From NCBI GenBank assembly GCA_016748015.1, contig JAAOMT010000480.1, forward strand, positions 186,001 to 250,000: DNA of 64,000 nt, written 5' to 3'. The position numbers and the translations under genes were made by a program. The notes under the pieces were generated by a model that saw only the letters and a program-made list of their open reading frames with translations, was not told the origin of the DNA and searched no databases. Position 1 is the stretch's first letter, and every line of letters starts with the position of its first letter. Origin of the DNA: Geosiphon pyriformis uo1 (lineage: Eukaryota > Fungi > Glomeromycota). This document shows, piece after piece, positions 41,750-54,113 of the stretch.

Positions 41750-44400
41750 AATGTTAATTTAGTGTGTAATTAGTGCTTAAATAGAATTAAAGAATTTGAA
41801 CTGTGTAATATTGTACAACAAAATTGTATTACAATGGAAATAACGTTTTTAACTTAGGTATATATTTATTTTTTAAATTTCTTTGGTTCCAATTTAAACT
41901 TTAATTTTTGTTTTGTAGTTTTGGATAAGAAACAATCAAAAAAAGCTTCTTTAGCATTTATCAAAGAAAATTTTCTATTGGAATTAAAAAGATCATCTGA
42001 ATTAAAAATTTAAGTAATATTAATAAAAATAGTTACTACAAAAATCTTTTTGATTTATAACAAAAAATTTGAACAAAAAAGTTTAATATTAACAATTAAA
42101 CAACCAACTTAAAAGAAATCTAATTTTTAAATTGAAGTCAATTTTTCAAAGCTAATAAAAGATTTATTGCAAATAATTGTTAATTAAAAAAATAGTAGAT
42201 AAGAATATTTGAGATAAATTTTAATTTTAGTATTACAGTCTAGTTGTAATCTTTCATTTTTATATTCAGTAGTCGATAATATGCCAAATTATTTATGAAT
42301 TCACTATTTAAAGAAGAATATCTAGAATATTATAATGTAATTGAAGAACCAAGATCCTTAAACATGATTAAAATTGGTATTATGCATTTTTTTCTCATTA
42401 GTTACTTAATATTTAATATATGTTTTTTATATTACATTAGCAGAAAATTCGAAAAAAATACCATCTATTTATGAATTTAATTAAAACTTGCAATTGATTT
42501 CAAAAATGCCATGTATTTTAATAATAATTTATGTATTTTTAAAAATACTAAATTCTTACAAGTGAGAAGTTTATTAGATTTTTACAAAAAAATCTGGGTT
42601 TTATCTACTTAAACTAATATGTTTTATACATTTTTTGCATTAAATAAACTTATTAGAAAATATACAATACTAACAAAAAAGAACTATTTAAAATTATGGG
42701 CTTTAAGACAACTTCAATTTTTTCAATTAAAATAAAGCCAAAAATCTTTCAATTCCAATCTGATTCTTTTAAATTAATACTAACTGATATAAGTTTTTTG
42801 ATTATTGTAATGAGTTATTATATATTATATTCTAATAAGTTGTTGAAATATTCAACAATTGAAATTTTTTTTACAGTCTAGAAAACTAATTCTAAAATTA
42901 GATTATGAATACACAATAGATATTTTATTTGTTGTATTTTTTTTAGTATAATTTATCATTCAAATATTAAATTTTGTATATCTCTTAGATCTAAGCAATT
43001 CTTTAAAATATAATATTATAATTATTAAAAGGTTATTTGTGAATTTAAAATAAGTATCTACATTATAATAAAAATAATACTGGTTAAAATTTTCAAAGTT
43101 GCTTACTGTTTTTTACCTTTCATAGATTGTAAAAATAGTTTGCAGATTTTTTTTTAGATCTGATCAAGTTAATTTTTAATCATAAATACTATTTTTATGT
43201 TTTATATTTTTAAGTTTTTAATTATTTTTCTTATCAAATAAAACACAATCTATTTTTAAAATTTTATAAAAAAAAAGTATTTAAAACATCAGATATTGAA
43301 GAATATATATTGCAAGATATTATAGAAAAATATTATATTATGCACATAAAAATTATGTTTGAGATATAATATTTGTTTTAAAATTATTATATAATTATTA
43401 TAAGTTTAATTTCACAGAATTTATTTATAGAATATTCTAAAAACTTTAATAACAATAATATCTATATATGTAAATCTTTATATGTGGTAGCATTGAAATT
43501 TTTTGCTATTATTAATAATTGGAAAAATACCTCTCTCTATGCCTAAAGTTATATTAGTACACATAATACACTATTTAATACTATGAATTATAAAAAGTTT
43601 TTTAACAGAATCTGTCTTGGTTTCTTTTATATAATATATCCTTAATTAAAAACCAATTAATAATATGTTAAAAACTTGAAATAAACAAAATTTTTATTTA
43701 TTTATATCTTTACTATTATATGTTATTATACAATAACAAAAGCCAATAAATGTCTTTGGAAATCAGCATATGCAGAATAGAACATTTGGGAAAATAAAAT
43801 TAAAAGTTAAAGTTTTAGATAATACAAATATTAACCAGTCATATATTTTGTTTAATTTAATAGTTAAGTTATATGATTAATTATTTTTGACTATAATATT
43901 ATTTCATCTAGTTTCTCTAACCTATTTTGAAAACTTTGTTTCAAGATCTCCAAAAAAATCTTATATTTGCTTGAATTGATATATCTATATAATAAAAACA
44001 AGCACATAAAAGAGAAAACCAACTTTGATAAAACACAAATTATTGATCAAACATCAGATAACAAGACAAACATTGAACTTATTGTACAAAAAAATTTAAA
44101 AATTACATAAAAGTCAACAATTATAGTGTTTACAAAAGCATTTGACAGACTTTTTTAACCATAAATAAAAACAAATTAAAAATATCTACCAAGCTATTAA
44201 ATAGTATTGCTCACTTTGAAATGTATGCTTTAAATATTATAGTATATAATGCTACAAAAAAAGATAAGTTATCTATAATTTATTACAGAGTTTATTCATT
44301 AAAAAATTAATTGCATTAATTTTTTTTATAAATTTTAAGCCACACTCTTGCTTTAAGATATAGAAGTTGAGACAAGTAATTGATCTTTTGTAATGTTTCT
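41750..44400 (+). pseudogene. Eroded, apparently intron-containing coding relic, possibly a Mutator-like DNA transposase
   Basis: Residual coding texture (YAKLFMNSLFKEEYLEYYNVIEEPRSLNMIKI) and a GT...TAG intron-like segment at ~42377-42440. Only weak resemblance to MULE DFS/CxFH motifs. Confidence 0.25.
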
Positions 44401-44444
44401 TAATACCAAACATTTTACCCATAGTATTATTCTTAAACTAACAG

Positions 44445-45889
44445 TATTACAAATAATTATTTAGGATGTTGGTACAAATAATAAATTTGTAACTTGGTAT
44501 TTAATAGCTGAGTGGTGTTGGTAATATCTGAAAGTTTTCATGATCTAAAGATTTTGGTTGAATCTTTTATATAATAAACAGAAATTCAATGGTTGTTTTA
44601 GTAGTTTTCTAGAATAGTTATTCTGTCAAATTTTTTTTTCCAATATAGTGGCTAGTTTATTTTAGCAGTTATGTCTTTTGAGTAAGCTATCTTCAATTTT
44701 CAAGTTCTATACTCTTATTTTTAGATCTTTTATCAGACTATTTTTAATGTCAAATTACTCAATGTTTAATCCCTTTAATTAGTTAATAAATTAACAAAAC
44801 AAACAAAAAAAATGGAAAAAAATTAAAAAATTAGTATTCCATTAATAACTATGATTAAGAGCTATTGGTCTAATATAGTTAAGTATTAAATTCTATTAAC
44901 ATGGAGTGTTAATAAAATAGAAGCAATTTTATTATTCTTTAATTAAATAATGATAACATAAATTTAAGTCATAATTAATATTTTATTAATATGTAATTTG
45001 ATTCTGCTTCAAGTTGTAAAAAACTATTTTTTAAAGGGAGGAGTATGAAATAATTAATGAGTTGTGAGTATTAATTTTGAATTGGATTCTGTTCTTTCTG
45101 TTTTTAACACTCTTACTATATATACATATTTTTTGTTTTATAAGATCTCATATTTTTTTGAGCAATATGTTCTAATTTACTGATATTACTCACATTGCTA
45201 AGTAGTATGTCTTAATTTGCTAGCACTGTACATATTGCTGAATAATATGTTATAGTTTTTAATATTGTGCTCATGTATTAAGTACTATTTTCCTATTGGT
45301 CTATTTTTCTATCTGTTTTTCCAGTTTTTTTTCTTTGTATTTTCTTATGAGTAACATTATTTTCTCTTTTTTAATATTGAGCTCTATTAAAATCTTCACT
45401 TTGAATTAAGTTCATTACTTTTTTTTTTAATATTGTTTGTTCAATTTTGTTCAATTTTGTTCCTTATTTTTTTGCATTGAGAGTTGTTTATTTTTTCTTA
45501 CTGGTTAACAGTTATTGTTTTTATTTCCTAATATAGTAGTATTTCTAGATAGTTTTAAAATATAATGTGCAGTTAGTAAATTGTTTTGATTTATATTCTT
45601 GAATTTGTCTTTTTTTTGATAAACTCTTTAATTTGTTGTATTATTTTTTGATTAAATATTTGTTTAAATTTATTAATATATAATTCTTGAATATTTAGTT
45701 TTTGTTTTAGTTGATAACAATAGTATGTTACTAGAAGTTATTCTATCTATAGCTTCCAGTTTTTTTTGGTTAATTCCTTTGTTGGAATTATTTTTGGTAT
45801 TTTTTTAAAAGTATTTTTTACTTTTTCTATGATTTTATCTAATCAATATTTTGTTTGGTTCTGTAGTTGCTAATATGAGATTGTTTTTG

Positions 45890-45950
<61 letters not shown>

Positions 45951-48900
45951 TGTTTTGATAACAGATTGTTTGGTGGTTAATAACAATTTTTATGTTTAAT
46001 TATTGTTGATTTATGGCTTGGAATAATTGTTAAGTCATTGTGTAAATGTAGTATGGGATTTCCATTTTTTATTGTTGCTATTGTCATATTTACTATGTCT
46101 TTATATACTATTTTGTAGATTGATTAACATGTTTGTATTGATAATTATAATTGGTTCTAGATTTTGTGAAATCTTATCTGGTTAAATTAGTATTTATTGT
46201 ACTTCCAGTTATAGAATATTATTGGTTAATAATAATACTATATTGTGATATGGTTTTAGTCAATTACTATGTACTGTTTTGGTCAAGATTTTGTTGTTTT
46301 ATCTTAATTTATAAGCTCTATTTCCTAGAATTTCTTTAATATAAAATAGTTTATTCTATTTGGGATCAAATTTTTTATTTTATTGTTTTTTTGCTTTGAT
46401 ATGATGTAAGAATACTTTGTTTTTAATTTTAAATTCGACTAGTTTATCTAATAATTAATTATTATATTGTTTTTTCTGTTTTTTTTATGACTTTTAGATA
46501 TTATCACTTTTTGTTTTTTAATGTTTCTATTAAGTCATATGTTTTTTTTAGCAATATTTTTTGAAAATTGGCTTTTATTATTGGTTTTATTGGATATATA
46601 TTGATATTTATTTCAACTGGTAATATTGTTGTTCTACCATAAACAAGTTTAAATAGTGTTGCTTGTATAATATTTTGCTTTATTGTCTAATAAGCAAATA
46701 CTACTAATAGTATAAACAAATCTTATTTGTCTTGGTTTTTTTGGCTAATTTTAGTAATTATATTACATAATGTTCTATTGAATCTTTCAAATAAACCATT
46801 GTTTCATAAATAATATGGTAATAATAATAATCTTTTAATTCCAAATTTTTGACTTAATTCTGTTAATGTTCTATTTACAAAGTGAGTTCTCTGATCTAAT
46901 AATAATTCTTTTGAACATTTATGTCAACAAATTAAATCTTGGTAAACAAATTTAGCTATGGATTCTACATTTGCTCTTTGAATTGTTTTTGCTTTTGGCC
47001 ATTTTATGAGATAGTTCATGGCTATTACTATATATTAATTAGCTTTACTGGTAATAGTTAATGGTTTGACTAAATTAATTTCAATTTGATTAAATGGTTG
47101 TCTCATTTTAATTAATTTTAACAGTTTACTGGATCTTGTTTCTTCTTTTTTCTGACAAGCATTACAATTTTGAACATATTAAATAATATTTGAATATATA
47201 AATAACTAATAGTATCTTTTTCTGGTTTTTTCTATGGTTGCTTCTTTATAAAAATGTTCTGCTATTGGATTTGAATAGATATTGAATAGTATTGTTTCTT
47301 TCTTTGGTTTTGTAATCACTTTAAGTAACTGACCTGGATATTTTCTGTTTTTTCAGTATAATATATCTTGGTAAGTGATAAAATATTTTGCTTGTTGTTT
47401 TATGTTGTTTTGTTTCTTTTGAGATAAATTTTTTTTGAACTGTTAAGTATTAATATAATATTAAAGTTATTAATATTTTTGTATGTTTATCTTTTGTGAT
47501 ATTTTTGAGTTGAAATGTTTTTAGATTTGTTTTATTCGTGACAAACCATTGGCATTTTTATTTTTTTTTCTCTTTTTATAATATACAGTATAATTAAATA
47601 GTAATAGTTTTATTTTCCATTTTGTATGACAATTATTTTAAATTCTTGCTTCTGGATTGATGCCAATTCCTTGTGATTAGTGTATACATTAAACTTTTGG
47701 CTCAAGTATTTTTTCATTTAATAACAGCCCAATAAATAGCCAAGTGTTCTAGTGCTAAAGTTTCATAGTTTTTTTTGGCCAAACTTATACTTCTGCTAAC
47801 ATATATTACTGAATATTTTCATCTATCTGATTTTTTTTAAGACAATATGGCTCCCAATACTTAATCTGATATATTTGTAATAATGATAAATGATTTGTAA
47901 TAATCTGAATAAATTAGTACTAGAGCTTAAATAAGCTTTTTTTTAAGATGTTGAAAGTTTTTTGTTAAGTTTTTATCCATTCATATTTGACATTTTTTGT
48001 TTGGAGCTAGTAAAGTAATTGAGCCAATTTAGAGAAATTCTAAATAAAGCAACAATAATATCTTACAAATTCCAAAAATGTTCTTAGTTCTGTTAAGTTA
48101 GTTGGTATTAGAAAATACTTGATAATTTTAATTTTATTTGAATCTATTTTGATGCTGTTTTTGCTCATAACATGTCCCAAAAACTTGAGTTCAGTTTTTC
48201 CAAAAAAGCACTTGGTTGTGTTTAGTTTTAGTTCTGTTTATCTTAATCTTTTAAATACTTGCTAAAGATAATGAAAATAATTATCAAATGTTTCTGAAAA
48301 GATATTGGTATTATTTAAGTAAACTATTATTGATTTTCATAGTAGTTCTGTGTAAACAATTTCTATTAGCTATTGAAAAGTGGTTAGAGTGTTTGTTAAG
48401 CCAAAAGACATAATGTTAAATTCAAAGTTTTTTTTTTAGTTGTAAATATAGTCTTTTCTTTATCTTTTAGTTTTATGGCTACTTTTTAATAACTATTGTC
48501 TAGATTCAATATTAAAAACCATTTTTTTCTCCAAATGCATTAAATAATTCTTGAATTTATGGAGTTGAATAGTTGTCTTTATGAGTAACATTATTGAGTT
48601 TTCTGTAATCTACACAAAAGTGGATTTTCTTATTTTTTTTATGAACAAGTACTACTGGTAATAACTATGAGGTTATGAATGGTTAAATTAACCTATTGTT
48701 TAACATTCTATTGATTTCTTGTTGGATAATTTTATGGTTTATTAGTAATACTCTGTATGCTCATTGTTTTATTAGTATTATATTTTTAGTCTTAATTTGA
48801 TGTTGGATAATATCAGTTCTGTTAAATTCATTTTTACTGGCAAATATGTTAGTAAAATTGTTAAGTAGTATCTTGAATTGTATATATTAGAGTGAGTTTA

Positions 48901-49304
48901 AGTTTTCCAAGTTTATTTGTTCTAATTATTTTTGTTGGAGTAAATAACATTCTTTTTATTCATATATTGTTTGTGATATAATATCTACATATTCACACAG
49001 CTGTGGAAAATTTGGAATAATGTTTAGTAGTTGGTTCTCCATTTTAGGCTTAAGTATTCAATAGTGGTTCTAGTTGTATTGTAGATAGAAATTTTGATAT
49101 GTTTATAGTTTTTGGCCAATATGTAAAAATTAATAATTTCAATTTTTTTTGATTTATAAATAGTTGGTTCTGCTTTAAAAATCTGAGATTGGTCTTTCAC
49201 TTTTCTCTTTATTACTAACATATGCTGGTTATATAATAAAATAAAAATTGATTAATTGGTGAAAATAATTTTTTTCTTATCAATGATTTTCTTTTTTGTC
49301 ATAT
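44445..49304 (-). mobile_element. Gypsy copy D (3' LTR 44445-45356, PPT, ORF3, IN, RH, RT), cut just before dUTPase by element E
   Basis: 46170-49304 is colinear with 1-3160 of copy A. LTR ends GAGTAACA and is followed by the PPT. Confidence 0.88.
45891..45949. repeat. Poly(T) homopolymer, 59 nt
   Basis: Uninterrupted T run between integrase and the ORF3 core of copy D. Confidence 0.95.
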
Positions 49305-50857
49305 TATTATGGTTGAAACCTACACTTTTTATTAATTATTACATGTATTAGCCACTGATGTTATATAATTAGCCACTCTATTTTTAGATAGTGATTAATA
49401 ATCTGACTGTTAAACTAATCAATAACTTGATCATTAATCTGATTATTAACCTAATTATTGATCTAGTCGTTAATCTAATCATTGACCACTTTTGATAGCT
49501 ATATAAGTAATGAATCTCTTAACTGTAAAAAAACATATAAGAATTAAAGAAAATAAATAAATAAAATAACAACTTTCATTTCAATCATTTTTTTATTACT
49601 AAATTCACTTTTTTTACCTTCAAATATCTGAACATTTTGGGATAAAAGATCATTTGTTGGTTATTTTTTACTCTTTTTCTGACTTGTATAATTGTAGCAT
49701 TTGAAGATTATTGAATAAAATGTGACTAAAGAGTACATCTAATACCTAATATTGAATTCTAAGAGTGCCAATATGAGGCATAGAATTATATCAGTGTGTA
49801 ATCATTTATTAACAGTATGAACTATCCTTCTACTTTCAAATTCTCTGGTTATCTTTTAAAAAATATAACAACTGAGATATTTTATGAGACTAATCTTGCA
49901 CATTGAATCCATACTTATTTAATTTGCTCTTTAAAGTTGAATTCCTTTTGATTCCTTTCATTATTCTATAATTCTGTTTTTCTTTGCTATTTGTTAGCTT
50001 GTTACTTTAACCCATAACATAAAAGTAGTGCTTTTTGTAAAGTTGTTAAAATCTACTTTGTTTCTTATTGTATGAATGATTATTCATACCTGCCACAACA
50101 ATCAGAAGAATACTTTGAAACACACAACAAAAACGATCTAGACTTTATTGAACTCAATTTTTTGTCCTTCTGTTTAATTTGTTTCCCTATTGAAAAACAA
50201 TCCAGTAGACAATTCCAAGATTTTTGGAACTGGTTCCTAAATGAACATTCAGCTGAAACCTACACAACCTATACAACTTACTACTTTGACCAAGCTTATC
50301 TTAAAGACAACTTTAAAGAAAAAAACAACAGCATTAATCAACTTTTATACTTAACAATCTTTGAACAACAGCCCTCTGATTTCGAATATTTAAATCATCA
50401 AATTCACATCTGAATTGCTGCTTATCAATCAGTTAAGACTTCTCTTGAAACAGAAAAAAAAAGCTACTAAACTGCTCCTGTTTTTGATCTCTTTTTAAGT
50501 AAATCAGAACATTTCACACAAACAGTTACTCCTGAACTAATGGCTAATGACTCCATACAACCAAATATCTTAGCTGCCCTCCAAGATATACAAACTGCTT
50601 TGGGATGAAGAAACAACACTCTACTACTCTTATTCAAAGACAATGTACAAGATCCAATTAAATAGTTAGACAATTTTAAAAGAGCAGCTACTGCAAACCA
50701 ATATGACACTGAATACAAGTTCCAAATTGTTGGTGGTTACCTTCAAGGCTCTCCTGCTACTTGGTTCTTACAAGAAACCAATGCTGGTGCTCACCAAAGA
50801 ATTATTAGATAAATACCAACAAATGCTGGAGAAGAAAACACTTCTTTCACAACCCAG

Positions 50858-51828
50858 TATTACTGGAGGTTTTTGGTCTCTTTTTTTGAATGTTGTTACT
50901 GTTTGTCTGTTGTTGATTTCACGTTTTCTGAAAGCAGTTGAACCTCCAATAACTGAATTTATCTTCAAATTATCTCCTATAATTTGAACTGCTGGGCTTA
51001 CAAGTAAAATGGCCAATTCCGTGCCAGTTACTTTGTGTAATTATGTTGTAGTAAACATCAACTCTTTCCCAGGAATTGCTTGTCTGGAAGCTCACTAAAA
51101 TGTGTAGTTACTTTGCTGTGAAAGTCAACTCTTCTACAGGAATCTCGACTGTAGGCTACCCTAATAATTGTAATAAGAAAATAAAAAAAAATAAAAGAAA
51201 TACAAAAGAAATAAGATTTTATCAAGGGAAACGTTTTCTATCCAGGCCTGAAGTTACTAACAGATTATTGAAATTGATAGCTAATCAATTTCAAAACGTT
51301 AATTGTGTTGAGAGAATTTCAAGTGTAATAATTTAAGGATTTGGTTTTCGAATATTTAATTTTTTATTTGAATGTATAAAAGATGATTTGTTTTAATTAA
51401 GATATCTAAAGTAGGATGCTATGGTAAGATACTATGAGAAGATACATTTTCTTGAAGAGAGAAGCTCTTCTTTTATACAACTTGTTGTAATACTAGTCTT
51501 TGAACTTGCACTTTTCTTTTTGCTACAATTTGGGTGAACTAAAGATACATTTCGGCAAATTACAAGTTATTTCACTGAACTATTAATTATTTCGGCCAAT
51601 TTTCATTAATTTCGGCGAATTTTGACTATGTTAAATAGTTCAGGGTATTGTGTAATTTGATCATCTTAATTTCTAGAGTACAAATCGGATTATTGATTGA
51701 GTAAGGATATTTAATAATTTGATTAAATAATAAGTAATAATTGAAATAATAATAATGTATGTTAATTAATAATAGGAATTATGAGGGTAATTTTATGCTA
51801 ATTAATAGTTAAAATTCTACTGGTAACA
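50858..51828 (-). repeat. 3' LTR of element F
   Basis: Direct repeat of 59794-60764, ~95% identical with no indels seen. PPT AGAAGGAGATTA at 51829-51840 (-). Confidence 0.96.
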
Positions 51829-51862
51829 TAATCTCCTTCTCAAGACTGAGCTTTATCAAAGT

Positions 51863-52516
51863 TCAAGCACTATCTGTAATATTAAGATAGTGGTCTAAGA
51901 TAATTAAAGTAATTTGGTCTGAAAATTGTTGAAATTTCAGTTCTGTAAGCTTTTTAATGTATTAAATCTTTATTGAATAAAGTATTAGATTTTGTAGGAT
52001 GTTTCCACAAGTGTTAAATAGATTATAAAGTCTAAATGCTGCTCTAAGTTTGTAGTGAGTGTTTGTTGATCCAGCTGCTGTCTTAAATTTATTGTGAATT
52101 TGTTTTTGTATAGCCTCAAGAGTAATGTTGGTTGCTTTAAGTTCCAGTTTTCGTTCATAAAATGTTTTTCCAATATAAAAACATCTATATATAAGGGTAT
52201 GTTCATTGTTCTGTTCATTGAAATATAGTAGAAATTTTTGTTGCATTGTGGTATTTGGTGGAATGTTAATAGGAACAATTAAAAGATTTTCTTTTAGTGC
52301 TTGCTTCAAAAGTTCTGGTAATTGATTTCCAGAGTAATTTTTTGTTTTTTTTCTATAGGGGTGATAATTCTAAGAATTATTTACTATTGGGGCTGTAGTT
52401 TTTTTTTGAATGTAATTAATTTGACTTCTATTAATTGTTATGGATAAATCAGGAAGTGTTTTCAAAGCTAACATTAATTTTTGGGATATTTGTTGAATAT
52501 TTTGGCAAATAATCAT
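51863..52516 (-). pseudogene. Gypsy ORF3, ~217-codon unknown protein (two internal stops)
   Basis: Single frame from ATG 52516: MIICQNIQQISQKL...CFYIGK...YKLRAAFRLYNLFNTCGNIL...IKKLTELKFQQF...ITDSA-stop. Confidence 0.75.
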
Positions 52517-52675
52517 GATAAAAATAACTAACGAATAAACAAAAAAAATAAAGAAAATTATTTTTTGGGTATAGGGTTTTTATTTGTTTTTGGGTTTGAA
52601 TGTTTTTTTTAATTATTTACTATTTTTAATTTATGTTTTGTGTATTTTAAAAGAGTTTGTGAAAATGTTAAATTA

Positions 52676-54057
52676 AGTGTTCAAGTTTGGTTGTTGTTTT
52701 ATTATAATTATTGGTTCTAAATTTCAGAGAATATCTTCAGGATTAATTAATGGAGAATGTATACCAATTTGTAGAATTAATAGTTCAGGATTGTTTCTAG
52801 AATGATAGTGTTTCAATCAATCTTCATGTACAACTTTTGCTAGTATTCTGTCATCAAGTCTTAACTTGTATAATCTATTGTCTAGAATTTCGTAAATATA
52901 AAATAGTCTATCTCATTTGTTTTCAAATTTTTCACTCTATTGTTTTTTAGTCTTAGTTTTGTATAAGAAAACTTTATTTCCAACTTTAAATTCATTGGTA
53001 ATGGGTGGTAATTTGTTGTCATGTCTTTTTTTTTGTTGAGCTTGAAAATGTTCAATCTGAGTTGCTGCTATCCTTCTTTTTCCTTCCAGTGTACTAAGAA
53101 GAGTATAGGCCCTTCTTTGGAGTGTTTCTTAAAAGTTTTCTTCATTAATTGGTTGCACAGGGTATGTTTCCACTGTGAAATTAATTGGTAATGTTGTTGT
53201 CTTTCTATAAGTAAGATCAAATGGTGTGTGTTTTATAGTATTTTGTTTTAGTGTTCTGTATGCTAGTAACACTAATAGAATAAAGATATCTCATTCCTGC
53301 TCAAAATCTGTTAAGACTTTGGCTAAAGATTCACACAATGTTCTGTTGAACCATTCTACAAGTCCATTTGTTTGCAGATGATAAGATAATGATAGAGGTT
53401 TTTTGACATTGAATTGTTCACAAATTTTTTGTATCAAGTTGTTCACAAAATGTGTTTCTTGATTAGATAAGAATTCAATTGGGCATCCATGTCTACAAAT
53501 AATGTCTTCATAGATGAAATTTGCTACTAATTTTGCATCTGTTTTTTGAATGGCTCTAGTTTCAGGCCATTTAGTAAGATAATCTACTGCAACTGCAATA
53601 TAATAATTTCCTTGGGTTGTAATAGATAATGGTTTGACTAAATCAATTCCAACTCTGTCAAAAAGTTGTCCAACTTTGATTGGATTTAAAGATTCTGTGG
53701 GACGAGTTTCTTCTCTTCTTTGACAACTATCACAAGATTCTATATATTGTTGAATATTTTTTTGCATGTAAGACCAAAAATAATGTTCAAGGGTTTTTTG
53801 AATTGTTTCATTTTTTCCCAAGTGTGCTAAAGAAAGATTTGTGGGCATATTGTATAGAATTGTTTTTTTTTATTCTCTTGTACTAATCTGAGTAGTTGGT
53901 TTGAATTTCTGTAATTTTTGTAATAGATTTTGTTGTAATGTATAAAATATTGTTTGGATTGGTGTTGTAATCAATGTTTTTCACTTGGAAACCAATTTTC
54001 TGGTGTGATAAGAATCTCTAAATAGTTTTTAAGATTGTTGTAATTTCTGGGATCCAT
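52676..54057 (-). pseudogene. Integrase of element F (stand-alone ORF, ATG at 54057)
   Basis: MDPRNYNNLKNYL start, AHLG...CDSCQ, VGIDLV, LSNQETHF, QTNGLVEWFNRTL and GPF/Y-type tail. No chromodomain seen. Confidence 0.9.
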
Positions 54058-54113
54058 TGTTGTTTTGTTATTTGTTGGTAGGTTGGTAAGTTGTAGTGAA
54101 TTTGTTAATATTA

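Noticed and set aside
51076-51336. Duplicated plus-strand ORF (also 59991-60272)
   Set aside because: It is duplicated only because it lies in the LTRs. Antisense to the element, with no recognisable motif.
51863-52516. ORF3 as an env gene or chromodomain
   Set aside because: No signal peptide, furin site or transmembrane helix, and no chromodomain aromatic-cage motif is visible.
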